A model generated the notes under the pieces. The model saw only the letters and a program-made list of their open reading frames with translations, did no database searches and was not told the DNA's origin. Below, piece by piece: positions 37,068 to 44,285 of a DNA stretch of 64,000 nt; within the stretch, counting starts at the first letter, position 1, and each line of letters opens with the position of its first letter. Location of the stretch: positions 776,848 through 840,847 of the forward strand of contig CAVQPE010000008.1 of the NCBI GenBank assembly GCA_963714665.1. The letters are read 5' to 3'. This stretch comes from an uncultured Solirubrobacterales bacterium (GTDB lineage: Bacteria; Actinomycetota; Thermoleophilia; Solirubrobacterales; 70-9). Made by a program: the position numbers and the translations under genes.

Positions 37068-37472
37068 CTACTCGTATTGCTCCATCTCGGCAACGATGTC
37101 GTCACGACCTCGATGGCTCGCTTGACTAATCGCTCGATAAGCCAAATAACAGCCCACCCCAGCAAGCGCGAATGGCAACGAGCTTTGATCGTGATGATCA
37201 ACAGCTACGCCGCCAAGGGCACCAGTTAGCGTCAGCCAGACAGCACCAGCATCGGCCCTTGCTTTGATCCGATACTTCAAGCGCCGCCATGCTTGCCATG
37301 GAACCAAGACGGCATCGTCAGATGTCTGGACAACTCTAAAAGGTGGCCGTGGAAATTCGGAAACCTCTGCGGCAATGCCATTGTACTCGGATTTACCGCG
37401 CATGCCTGACCCTGGCAGGTATTGCTCAGTACTGCGCCGCTGCGCCTGTTTTCTTGATCCTGATCTTGCCAT
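37068..37472 (-). CDS. Hypothetical small protein with C-terminal hydrophobic segments (island ORF)
   Basis: This 134-aa ORF contains AVWLTLTGALGGVAV and LPFALAGVGCYLAY. No family was recognised. Confidence 0.4.
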   Translation of the reverse strand: MARSGSRKQAQRRSTEQYLPGSGMRGKSEYNGIAAEVSEFPRPPFRVVQTSDDAVLVPWQAWRRLKYRIKARADAGAVWLTLTGALGGVAVDHHDQSSLPFALAGVGCYLAYRAISQASHRGRDDIVAEMEQYE

Positions 37473-37529
37473 TTGCGTCCCCTAAGCGTCATATGCCTTA
37501 TCGGCTAAGACGCACCGGAAGCAAATGGC

Positions 37530-37931
37530 TCAGGTCACGCTTAGCCCCATCATCGGAAGCGGATTTCGGTTGTTTCGCTGCAAGAGATCGTCATCGACAT
37601 GCAGCTTCGTCCTATTTCCGCTCTGCCGGATCAGAGCCCTTCTCTTAGGTACTGCGAAGGCTCTAATCCACCACGCAAATGTCGCAATTTGCGGAACGGC
37701 AATGAGAAGGAATGGCCATGCGAATGGCCCATCGCCAGCTCCAATGAAAGCAATGACCGAAAGTGCTGCCACCCAAGAGAGGCTGAACAATTCTAGGAGA
37801 GACGGCCATGATCTAGGACTATTGGCATTCGACTCTGAACCGCATTCGAAAAAGGAGTCAGAAAACCTTTCCGGCTCAGCTAGTCGTTCCGGATGAACAG
37901 GAAGCCAATGGAGAATTTCCCCCACAGGCAC
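37530..37931 (-). CDS. Hypothetical two-TM membrane protein (island ORF)
   Basis: This 133-aa ORF contains LFSLSWVAALSVIAFIGAG and WPFLLIAVPQIATFAWWIRAF. Confidence 0.4.
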   Translation of the reverse strand: MPVGEILHWLPVHPERLAEPERFSDSFFECGSESNANSPRSWPSLLELFSLSWVAALSVIAFIGAGDGPFAWPFLLIAVPQIATFAWWIRAFAVPKRRALIRQSGNRTKLHVDDDLLQRNNRNPLPMMGLSVT

Positions 37932-38215
37932 AATTTAGGGGACCAGAGCTTCATCGTCAAGCATTGAATCGAGTCGGTTGTCGATGCCCTCCGTCAATGA
38001 CTAAAGTCCAAACGGATGCCGTAGTTCAAAGCGGGCGAGATACCCTGCACCAAACGTGCTTTCAGGAATCCAGCCGGGGCCGCGGGTAACTCGCGCTCGC
38101 TTCCGCTGCGCGTCTTGCCCACTACGTCGCGAGCGCGCGGGGCGCGTAGCGCCCGGTCAGACTCGCAGGCAAGGCCAGCCCGGCCGTAGACGGTGCCTTG
38201 CGCCACCACCGCCGC

Positions 38216-39211
38216 TTACAGAGCTTCCCCGGCGGAATCCAGGCGGGCCTTGGTCTTGTCTCGGGCTTCGGCGATCGTGTCGGAGGTCAGGAGCAGGTCG
38301 ATCGCGACCCAGACAGGCTGGGAAGGCCAGAGCTTTCCCATTGGTACCTCTATGGAGGGTTCGATGGCCGGTCCCAAGCTGAAAACCCAATGGCGCTCCC
38401 CGGACCAGTCAACCTTCCCTTTAAGCGGCTCGAAACCCGCGTAGTTGTCGTTGGCGATGCGGTAGTCCTCCACATGACGTATCTGCTGGAGTTTGCCGTC
38501 GAACCGGAAGCCAAGGTAGTTCGGGGGCTCCTTTGGCCAGCCTCCGCGACCTCCGCCAACGGGACAGAAGTAGGTGTGGTGGTTAACAACGACATCGCGG
38601 AAGCTGATGCCGGTGTCCCCGATCTCCTTGCCCAGGCTGACGACGTAGACGAGATTAGATAGAACGTTCTGCATGGTCATCAAGCCTCTCAGGTAGCGAG
38701 ACAGATCGCGCAGGAGTCGTTTCTCGCGGTGGCGCCGGGACTTGCTGGCGGCCTCCGTGGCAAGAGCCTCGACCTGTCGCCAAGACCGATACACGACGGG
38801 AACGCCCTGAACCCGTTTGGGCAGCCGCCCGGAGACAAACTCGGGCGGGGCCTCTGCGAAGACAGCCAACATCGTTGCTGGCGGCTTCGTTCTAGTCGCG
38901 TACTTCGCCAGTTGGTCGTCGCCGGGAAGGCCATAGCCGCGCTTGGCCTCAATAACGAGGCGAAACTTTCCTCCATTCCCGGCGATCTCGATATCGGTAA
39001 AGCCAGCGCCGGGGACGCCCTCTTGGAGGCCGACGATTTCCACCTGGGCCTTGCCAGGGGAAGCGTGAAGGTCGCGCAGCAACGCCTGAGAGAATTGTTC
39101 ACTCTCTGCCAGCGCCCAGCCGACCGAGTAGGTGATGTCGTTCTCCTTGTCGCCGAGCAGGTCGAAGACGGTGCCTACCGGCCGTCCGTACAGCTTTAGC
39201 TCGACTGGCAT
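38216..39211 (-). CDS. Putative PD-(D/E)xK-fold nuclease with uncharacterised C-terminal domain (island ORF)
   Basis: GFTDIEIAGNGGKFRLVIEAKRGYG gives a D-x13-E-A-K arrangement on predicted beta strands. The 331-aa ORF is intact. The C-terminal roughly 170 aa (HHTYFCPVGGGRGGWPKEPPNYLGFRFDGKLQQIRHVEDY...) is unassigned. Confidence 0.5.
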   Translation of the reverse strand: MPVELKLYGRPVGTVFDLLGDKENDITYSVGWALAESEQFSQALLRDLHASPGKAQVEIVGLQEGVPGAGFTDIEIAGNGGKFRLVIEAKRGYGLPGDDQLAKYATRTKPPATMLAVFAEAPPEFVSGRLPKRVQGVPVVYRSWRQVEALATEAASKSRRHREKRLLRDLSRYLRGLMTMQNVLSNLVYVVSLGKEIGDTGISFRDVVVNHHTYFCPVGGGRGGWPKEPPNYLGFRFDGKLQQIRHVEDYRIANDNYAGFEPLKGKVDWSGERHWVFSLGPAIEPSIEVPMGKLWPSQPVWVAIDLLLTSDTIAEARDKTKARLDSAGEAL

Positions 39212-39240
39212 CGCAAAGAGCGGTGGCTTGCTGCGAGCAT

Positions 39241-39498
39241 CTACCCGTCAGGTGGAAACTCGCCAAGCAGGGTGCGCCTCACACCGTAGCCGTTTGGCGT
39301 ATATCGCCAATGGTCCGGCTTGAATTCCTCGGCATAGCCTTTCACCTGCAAGCTCGCCAGGGCCGCTGCCACTTCGTCGGGCTCTAGCGGTGGTTCGTGG
39401 GTCACCTCGATACAGATTCGGTCGAAACTTTCAAGCTGCGACTCCCTGATGAGGCACCGGAAGACTCGGAACTCGGGTCCGTGAAGGGGCTCGGCCAT
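39241..39498 (-). CDS. Small winged-helix-like protein upstream of the nuclease candidate (island ORF)
   Basis: In this 85-aa ORF, EVAAALASLQVKGYAEEFKPDHWRYTPNGYGV resembles a recognition helix plus wing. It lies 29 bp upstream of 38216-39211 on the same strand. Confidence 0.35.
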   Translation of the reverse strand: MAEPLHGPEFRVFRCLIRESQLESFDRICIEVTHEPPLEPDEVAAALASLQVKGYAEEFKPDHWRYTPNGYGVRRTLLGEFPPDG

Positions 39499-39582
39499 TT
39501 CCCCAAGGTATCGGGCTGCTCGGCTACGTCAATCAGCCATCACGACAGGATGGGTGTCCGCCGCCGGGGCCAGCATTGCAGC

Positions 39583-40101
39583 ATGGACATCGCCGCTGTT
39601 GTCGCAGTTGCCCTCGCAGCAGTATCAGCCATCGCAGCCGCTGTGTCCGCAATAGCGACGAGACAGTCGGTGGATCGGTCGCACCGGCCTTTCGTGTGGC
39701 CCGCCATTTCGCACGGCACGGACGGCGAGGCGAGAATTTTGCGGGTCCGACTTCACAATGACGGGGCCGGAACCGCATACGAAGTTCGGTGGTCCTTCGG
39801 AAGCCTGGCGGAAACACAGGAGGGCGGGTTTGTCGAGGACAGCAAGGGCGCAGCGGGGCAGGCGTCGATGGCGATCCGGGCAATCAGAGCAGGAGAGAGC
39901 GTCCCCCCGGAGGAAAGTGGCTGGCTGGACAAAGAGGTCCAGCTACCGCCAGACGACATCGGCTGGATTCTTGTCCGGTGGAGCGATGCCGCAGGCGTTC
40001 GATGGGAGGTTTCAGATCAGGGACCGGCGACTTCGCGCGGAAGGCCACGCAGGCTTCGGACGTGGAAGTGGCAGTTCTGGCGAGCCCCCGCAGACTGGTA
40101 G
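39583..40101 (+). CDS. N-terminally TM-anchored hypothetical protein, beta-rich ectodomain (island ORF)
   Basis: MDIAAVVAVALAAVSAIAAAVSAIA is the anchor, followed by ILRVRLHNDGAGTAYEVRWSF...WILVRWSDAAGVRWEV. Confidence 0.4.
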   Translation: MDIAAVVAVALAAVSAIAAAVSAIATRQSVDRSHRPFVWPAISHGTDGEARILRVRLHNDGAGTAYEVRWSFGSLAETQEGGFVEDSKGAAGQASMAIRAIRAGESVPPEESGWLDKEVQLPPDDIGWILVRWSDAAGVRWEVSDQGPATSRGRPRRLRTWKWQFWRAPADW

Positions 40102-40174
40102 TACTACCCGGCAGGGCCTATTCAGCCTGACGACGCCTGAATGCGACCAGCGCGCTCCGCCGCAATCAGGGCTA

Positions 40175-40711
40175 TTAGCTGACCGCGAACGTCTGATGAC
40201 GTAGGCCCAGCACCGTTGCCGCGTAAATCTCGAAGACCGCAGCGAGGCGGTTGTCGGTGATCTCGACCACCTGGAAATCCCAACGGGCGATCCGTTCGCA
40301 TTGACGGCGAAACTCAGCCATGAACTCGGGGTCGGCGCAATTCTCCTTCCGGGTTCCGGCGAGGGGCAGCTTCTTCCCGTGGAAGCTCCGCACGGTTCGC
40401 GCGTAGGCGTAGGTGCCCTCGTTGTGGCGAGGTCGGACATGACCCCGAAGGCGGGTGCGGAAGTTCGAGAACTTCTTGCCCGCGCGCTTTGAGCGCTCCG
40501 TCAGGCCCACCCGGCCGACGTAGCGCGGCCTTCCCCTCTCCGAGAACAGGTACACGCCGTAAGTCGCTGGCGGAGGGTCGCGATCCTCGCCCAAGCCGTA
40601 GATCGGTGAGTCCAGAAGACGGGTCAGAAGATCGGGGAGCTGCTTCGTGATCTCTGCATCCCATTGACGCTCCCTTGCGATGATCTTTAGTGTTTTCCGC
40701 TTGGTCGCCAT
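40175..40711 (-). CDS. GIY-YIG-like nuclease-domain protein (island ORF)
   Basis: YGVYLFSERGRPRYVGRVG gives GVY, 9 residues, then YVG. It is followed by RTRLRGH and NEGTYAY, consistent with the GIY-YIG core order. This is a pattern-level call only. Confidence 0.4.
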   Translation of the reverse strand: MATKRKTLKIIARERQWDAEITKQLPDLLTRLLDSPIYGLGEDRDPPPATYGVYLFSERGRPRYVGRVGLTERSKRAGKKFSNFRTRLRGHVRPRHNEGTYAYARTVRSFHGKKLPLAGTRKENCADPEFMAEFRRQCERIARWDFQVVEITDNRLAAVFEIYAATVLGLRHQTFAVS

Positions 40712-40787
40712 ATTCGCCTGCGCTCATCCGCGTGCAAGACGCTACAAGCTTTGGTCAGACGGTTGGTTTGCTGGGTAGAATCGGTTT

Positions 40788-40991
40788 ATGTCCGCTGTCC
40801 CAAGTTACCTGGAGTGCAAAGCATGTGGAGGGATTGGCTACGTCGCGATACGTGATGAAACAGTGGACCCTGCGGAATATCGCCCCGCCAAATGGGTTCC
40901 CTGCCATGACTGTAAGGGCACGGGCAACAGGACCAAGCAGGGGCCAATACGCGAGGTACCTCCATACTCGCCCGACAGTTTTGTCAAGTAG
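40788..40991 (+). CDS. DnaJ-type zinc-finger miniprotein (two CxxCxGxG motifs) (island ORF)
   Basis: The 67-aa ORF has CKACGGIG and CHDCKGTG. TAGAAT at 40776-40781 lies 6 nt before the ATG, which suggests a leaderless transcript. Confidence 0.5.
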   Translation: MSAVPSYLECKACGGIGYVAIRDETVDPAEYRPAKWVPCHDCKGTGNRTKQGPIREVPPYSPDSFVK

Positions 40992-41071
40992 ACACGACGG
41001 CGAGTATTCCGCTGGCGACAAGAGCCGACAGCCGACTCTTCCCTGATACGACTCGAACTGATCCGCATCCA

Positions 41072-42229
41072 ATGCGGGCAATCGAGAGCGAGTACGGCTT
41101 CTTTCAGCGGGTAGATGATCCGGCTTGCGGTCGAATCCGAGCCGTGCTCAATGAATGGTTCGATCGGTTTCTCTCGATGCAAAAGGCCGAAGCTGTGTCG
41201 GACTTGCGGGGCCGATTTCGGGCTAAGGAAGATGGCCAATTCAAGTCCGCGTTCTGGGAGCTGTATTTGCATGAGATGTTCGTGAGGCTCGGATTTGATA
41301 TCTCCGTTCACCCGCTATCTGAACGCGGGAAGCGCCCCGATTTCGTTCTTCGCAGAGAGGATCAGCGCTTCTATCTGGAGGCAGTCATGTCGACCCCCGG
41401 ATTCTCCGGTCGCAACGAGCCGCGTAACGTCCAAATGGTGATCGAGCACGTCAACGAGGCGTATCACCCGGACTTCCTTCTTCGGCTGCACTATGTCATC
41501 GCGGGCGACGAGACCCCACGAAGGGCTACCGTTCGCAAGGAGGTCTCCGATTGGCTTTACGGGCTCGCCTGGGAGGACATCTGGAAGGACGACCTGGCGA
41601 GCAGCGTCCATCCCGAGACCGCGATTGAGGTTGACGGGGGATGGAAGATCGGCTTGACCGCCTTGCCTCTGCCCCCCGAGAACCGAGGCCGGGAGAAGGG
41701 ACCGATGATCTTTGCCTACCAGGGATTCGTGGGCAATGCGGATGGACTCGGTCTAGCAATTCTTCCTGGCCTCCACGAAAAGGCCAACAAGTACGGTGAC
41801 CTCGATGCGCCGCATGTCATAGCTCTGTGGGTCATGGATGCGATGGCAAGCGAGGACACAGCGGCGCTTGCGCTATTCGGGGGCTGGTTCTCGACGGAGG
41901 AGGGAACGCATCGAACGGGGCTGAATCTCAGAAAGGAGAGGACGAAATCGCTATGGAGTCCGAGCGCGAAGCACCGGGAGCGAGCGAGCGCCGTCCTTGC
42001 AACCAACAGCTTTGAATTTGGCTATCCAGCCATTGCTCGGACGCTTCCTCGACTCTGGCCAAACCCGTGGGCCAACCGACCTCTCTCGACAGGTTTGCCG
42101 TTCGCACGATCACTGGTATCCGGGGACGAAGAAACCGCCGAGAACGTCGCCGCGACGATCACGGCGAGCGAGCTTTTCGGCCTTCCCACTGACTGGCCTG
42201 GGCGGGCGTTTCAGGGTGAATCAGAGTAG
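41072..42229 (+). CDS. Hypothetical 385-aa protein with a possible degenerate PD-ExK-like N-terminal motif (island ORF)
   Basis: GKRPDFVLRREDQRFYLEAVMS shows PD, about 12 residues, then E-A-V with no Lys. The rest is unassigned. Confidence 0.35.
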   Translation: MRAIESEYGFFQRVDDPACGRIRAVLNEWFDRFLSMQKAEAVSDLRGRFRAKEDGQFKSAFWELYLHEMFVRLGFDISVHPLSERGKRPDFVLRREDQRFYLEAVMSTPGFSGRNEPRNVQMVIEHVNEAYHPDFLLRLHYVIAGDETPRRATVRKEVSDWLYGLAWEDIWKDDLASSVHPETAIEVDGGWKIGLTALPLPPENRGREKGPMIFAYQGFVGNADGLGLAILPGLHEKANKYGDLDAPHVIALWVMDAMASEDTAALALFGGWFSTEEGTHRTGLNLRKERTKSLWSPSAKHRERASAVLATNSFEFGYPAIARTLPRLWPNPWANRPLSTGLPFARSLVSGDEETAENVAATITASELFGLPTDWPGRAFQGESE

Positions 42230-42259
42230 TCGCGCCGAGGCTTGAACTCTCTGGGCGGG

Positions 42260-42943
42260 CTACTGGCTCGGTTTTGCTTCCACGATCTGGATGTTCCAAT
42301 GCTGCTCGCCGAAGAACTGAGCAATGAAGCGCAAAAACTTCCGATGGCTCCGGGGGTCGGACCCGCGATAGGGAATCGTGACGTTGTAGACGATTCCCAT
42401 ATGGATTTCCTGCGAGCCCCCGACCTGGGGCGTGAGCTTGATCTGGCCCTCCGCGCCAGCAGCCAGGGAAGGGGGGACGAGTATGCCCATTCCGCCTCGG
42501 CCTTCACCCTCGCCGCACGTCGCTTCGGCGCGATCCACGTCGAGAACGGCGACGCCGTTCCCGGCATTTATCACTCCAAGAAAGGTCGGCGTTACTTCAA
42601 CGTGCTGAGGCTCGCGCATGATCGGCTCAGAGGGTCCGATTCGCGCCGAACTCATACTTGCTGGAATCAAGTTCGGGGTGACTTGCAGGCTCAAAGCCTT
42701 CTGCGCGACCTCGGCTTGTTCGGAGATCGCGCTCATCTGGACGCGGTTGAGTTCCAGTTGTTCGACTGCGAGCCGCAGGGTCGCCGTGTTCTGCTGCTGG
42801 CTCTCCTGATTCTGATCCTCGTTCAGTCTGAGCAGGCGGTAATTGAGGAGGAGCGAAACCACGGCGACGACGGCTAGGGCGAGCGTGCCAATGGCCGCTG
42901 CTTCGCTCGCGGGAAGACCAAACAGGGCTAGCGCCAAGTTCAC
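42260..42943 (-). CDS. N-terminally TM-anchored protein with coiled-coil and beta-rich domain (island ORF)
   Basis: AAAIGTLALAVVAVVSLLL is the anchor and NEDQNQESQQQNTATLRLAVEQLELNRVQMSAISEQAEVAQKAL is coil-like. These are followed by FLGVINAGNGVAVLDV.... Confidence 0.4.
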   Translation of the reverse strand: MNLALALFGLPASEAAAIGTLALAVVAVVSLLLNYRLLRLNEDQNQESQQQNTATLRLAVEQLELNRVQMSAISEQAEVAQKALSLQVTPNLIPASMSSARIGPSEPIMREPQHVEVTPTFLGVINAGNGVAVLDVDRAEATCGEGEGRGGMGILVPPSLAAGAEGQIKLTPQVGGSQEIHMGIVYNVTIPYRGSDPRSHRKFLRFIAQFFGEQHWNIQIVEAKPSQ

Positions 42944-42984
42944 GGTGGATTAAGCGGGGCGCTGGACGAGCCCAGTCCGCCTAC

Positions 42985-43269
42985 CTACGAATTCAAGAAT
43001 TCGAGCAGCCACCGGTCGTTGCAGAGGAGTTCGCCCTCGAACGCACCACCGCCAGAAAGGGAGACGACCAAGAGGCGGTCATCATCGTCCATCAATTCCC
43101 AGAGGTGGTTGCGAATGGCCTCGGCGTCGCCGTCGCTCTTGAGCACCCAGACCGACTTCTCAACCTCTTTGGCGCTCGGGTACTCCTCAATACGCTCGAT
43201 CAACCGCCGGTAGCTCGCCGAGGTCTCATTGGGTCCGTCGAGGTCGTAAGCGACGAGGTAGTTGCTCAT
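42985..43269 (-). CDS. Small ferredoxin-fold-like protein reminiscent of Cas2/VapD (island ORF)
   Basis: The 94-aa ORF shows the pattern NYLVAYDL - YRRLIERIEEY - VEKSVWVLKS - AEAIRNHLWELM - DRLLVVSL, which suggests beta-alpha-beta-beta-alpha-beta. No CRISPR array or cas1 is present in the window. Confidence 0.25.
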   Translation of the reverse strand: MSNYLVAYDLDGPNETSASYRRLIERIEEYPSAKEVEKSVWVLKSDGDAEAIRNHLWELMDDDDRLLVVSLSGGGAFEGELLCNDRWLLEFLNS

Positions 43270-43533
43270 TCCGAGAAAGAGATTACACCGGACCTAATAT
43301 CATACGATTTCTTCCCGTCCAACACGGAGGTGGGAGGGCCGTGCCCCGAGATCGAACGGGACTGTTTGTGGGCGAACGACAGACGCGGTATAGGTGACCG
43401 GCCTCCGCCGGTTCGAGCCGTAAACTTCCAATGACAAGCGAGTCGTAGGGTCTTGCGATTCGAGCTGTAGAGCCAAGTTCAGGACGGGGTTAGAACCACC
43501 TCCGATTTCTTGGCTCTACAAAGGGAAATCCGA

Positions 43534-43605
43534 TGGGCGCGGCTGGGTTCGAACCAGCGACCTCTCGCGTGTGAGGCGAGCGCTCTCCCGCTGAGCTACG
43601 CGCCC
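43534..43605 (-). tRNA. tRNA-Val (anticodon CAC)
   Basis: The reverse complement reads GGGCGCG-TA-GCTC-AGCGGGA-GAGC-G-CTCGC-CTCACAC-GCGAG-AGGTC-GCTGG-TTCGAAC-CCAGC-CGCGCCC-A. A 12-bp hairpin (TGTAGAGCCAAG / CTTGGCTCTACA, about 43468-43520) follows its 3' end. Confidence 0.9.
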
Positions 43606-43695
43606 GGGAGAGGGTCAATCATAGGGCGCGCGAGCGGTTCCAGATCGAGTCCAGATGGGGTCGACGGTCCGGGAGAGCGCCTACCATCCGTCTCC

Positions 43696-44130
43696 ATGGC
43701 CGAGGCGTTGACCACACGTTCTGACTGGCTTGTCGCCCATCCTCCTGCTCGGGAGCGGCTCTCGCAGACCCTTGCGGCGGTGGCTGGGCGCGTTCGCGCA
43801 GGCGAGGACTTCCGCCATGTCGTGCGCGAGTTCCTTGACGAGTTTGCGCTGCGAGGCGACGATCGTTCACGGGCCGACGCAATCGCGGAGCGCCCGGAGT
43901 CGACCGGCGATCCTCGTCACGATGCCTACCTCGGCGCCCTGGGTGAGCACCTGGCGGCGGTCCACGGTTTGAGCAGGCCCGCGTGGTCGGTTGAGCCGGG
44001 GCGCTTCCTGGACCGCTTCTGGTTCGTCAGCGAGGTGCCAGGTTTTCGCGCGGTGGCGATCGCCCAAGCCCCGGCCGCGTTCCGCCGCCGCGGGGTCTTC
44101 ATCCCGGAGCGTTCGCTGCATCGCGTCTGA
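43696..44130 (+). CDS. Hypothetical protein (possible partner of the degraded nucleotidyltransferase-like gene downstream)
   Basis: This is an intact 144-aa ORF from MAEALTTRSDWLVAHPPARERL.... No family was recognised. Confidence 0.4.
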   Translation: MAEALTTRSDWLVAHPPARERLSQTLAAVAGRVRAGEDFRHVVREFLDEFALRGDDRSRADAIAERPESTGDPRHDAYLGALGEHLAAVHGLSRPAWSVEPGRFLDRFWFVSEVPGFRAVAIAQAPAAFRRRGVFIPERSLHRV

Positions 44131-44132
44131 GC

Positions 44133-44285
44133 ATGGATCGGAGCGAGATCATCGCTGCGCTCACCGCGCTGGCTGGCGAGCTCGAGGGGCGGGGCGTCGT
44201 TGCCTTGCTGCTTCGCCAGAGACGTTGCTCGCGCTGAAGGTCCTCGCCCACCGCGTCGGTGAGGACGATCGCCGGTCGGATCAGG
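44133..44285 (+). pseudogene. Remnant of a nucleotidyltransferase-like (DUF6036/AbiEii-like) gene with an internal deletion
   Basis: MDRSEIIAALTALAGELEGRGV is a typical N-terminus. It runs directly, in a shifted frame, into SPETLLALKVLAHRVGEDD, a typical C-terminal helix. The central catalytic part is missing. Confidence 0.35.

Larger units (their letters stand above)
36854..43533. other. Low-GC genomic island abutting the 3' end of tRNA-Val; ten orphan ORFs, no integrase or transposase seen
   Basis: Hand counts of individual 60-nt lines give roughly 50-58% G+C inside, against 70-78% in both flanks. The composition switches right after the stop at 36853 and ends at tRNA-Val (43534). Confidence 0.7.

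Noticed and set aside
43395-43430. The GCCGGTTCGAGCCG segment as a duplicated tRNA T-arm (a possible att site for the island).
   Set aside because: Only about 9 of 11 bases match the tRNA-Val T-loop region, and there is no extended identity to the tRNA 3' end. No counterpart exists at the 36.9 kb border. The shared 9-mer AAGTTCAGG at about 36944 and about 43480 is too short to be meaningful.
36854-43533. A prophage or integrative conjugative element.
   Set aside because: No integrase, recombinase, terminase, capsid, relaxase or type IV secretion motifs were recognisable in any frame. It is therefore described only as a compositional island.
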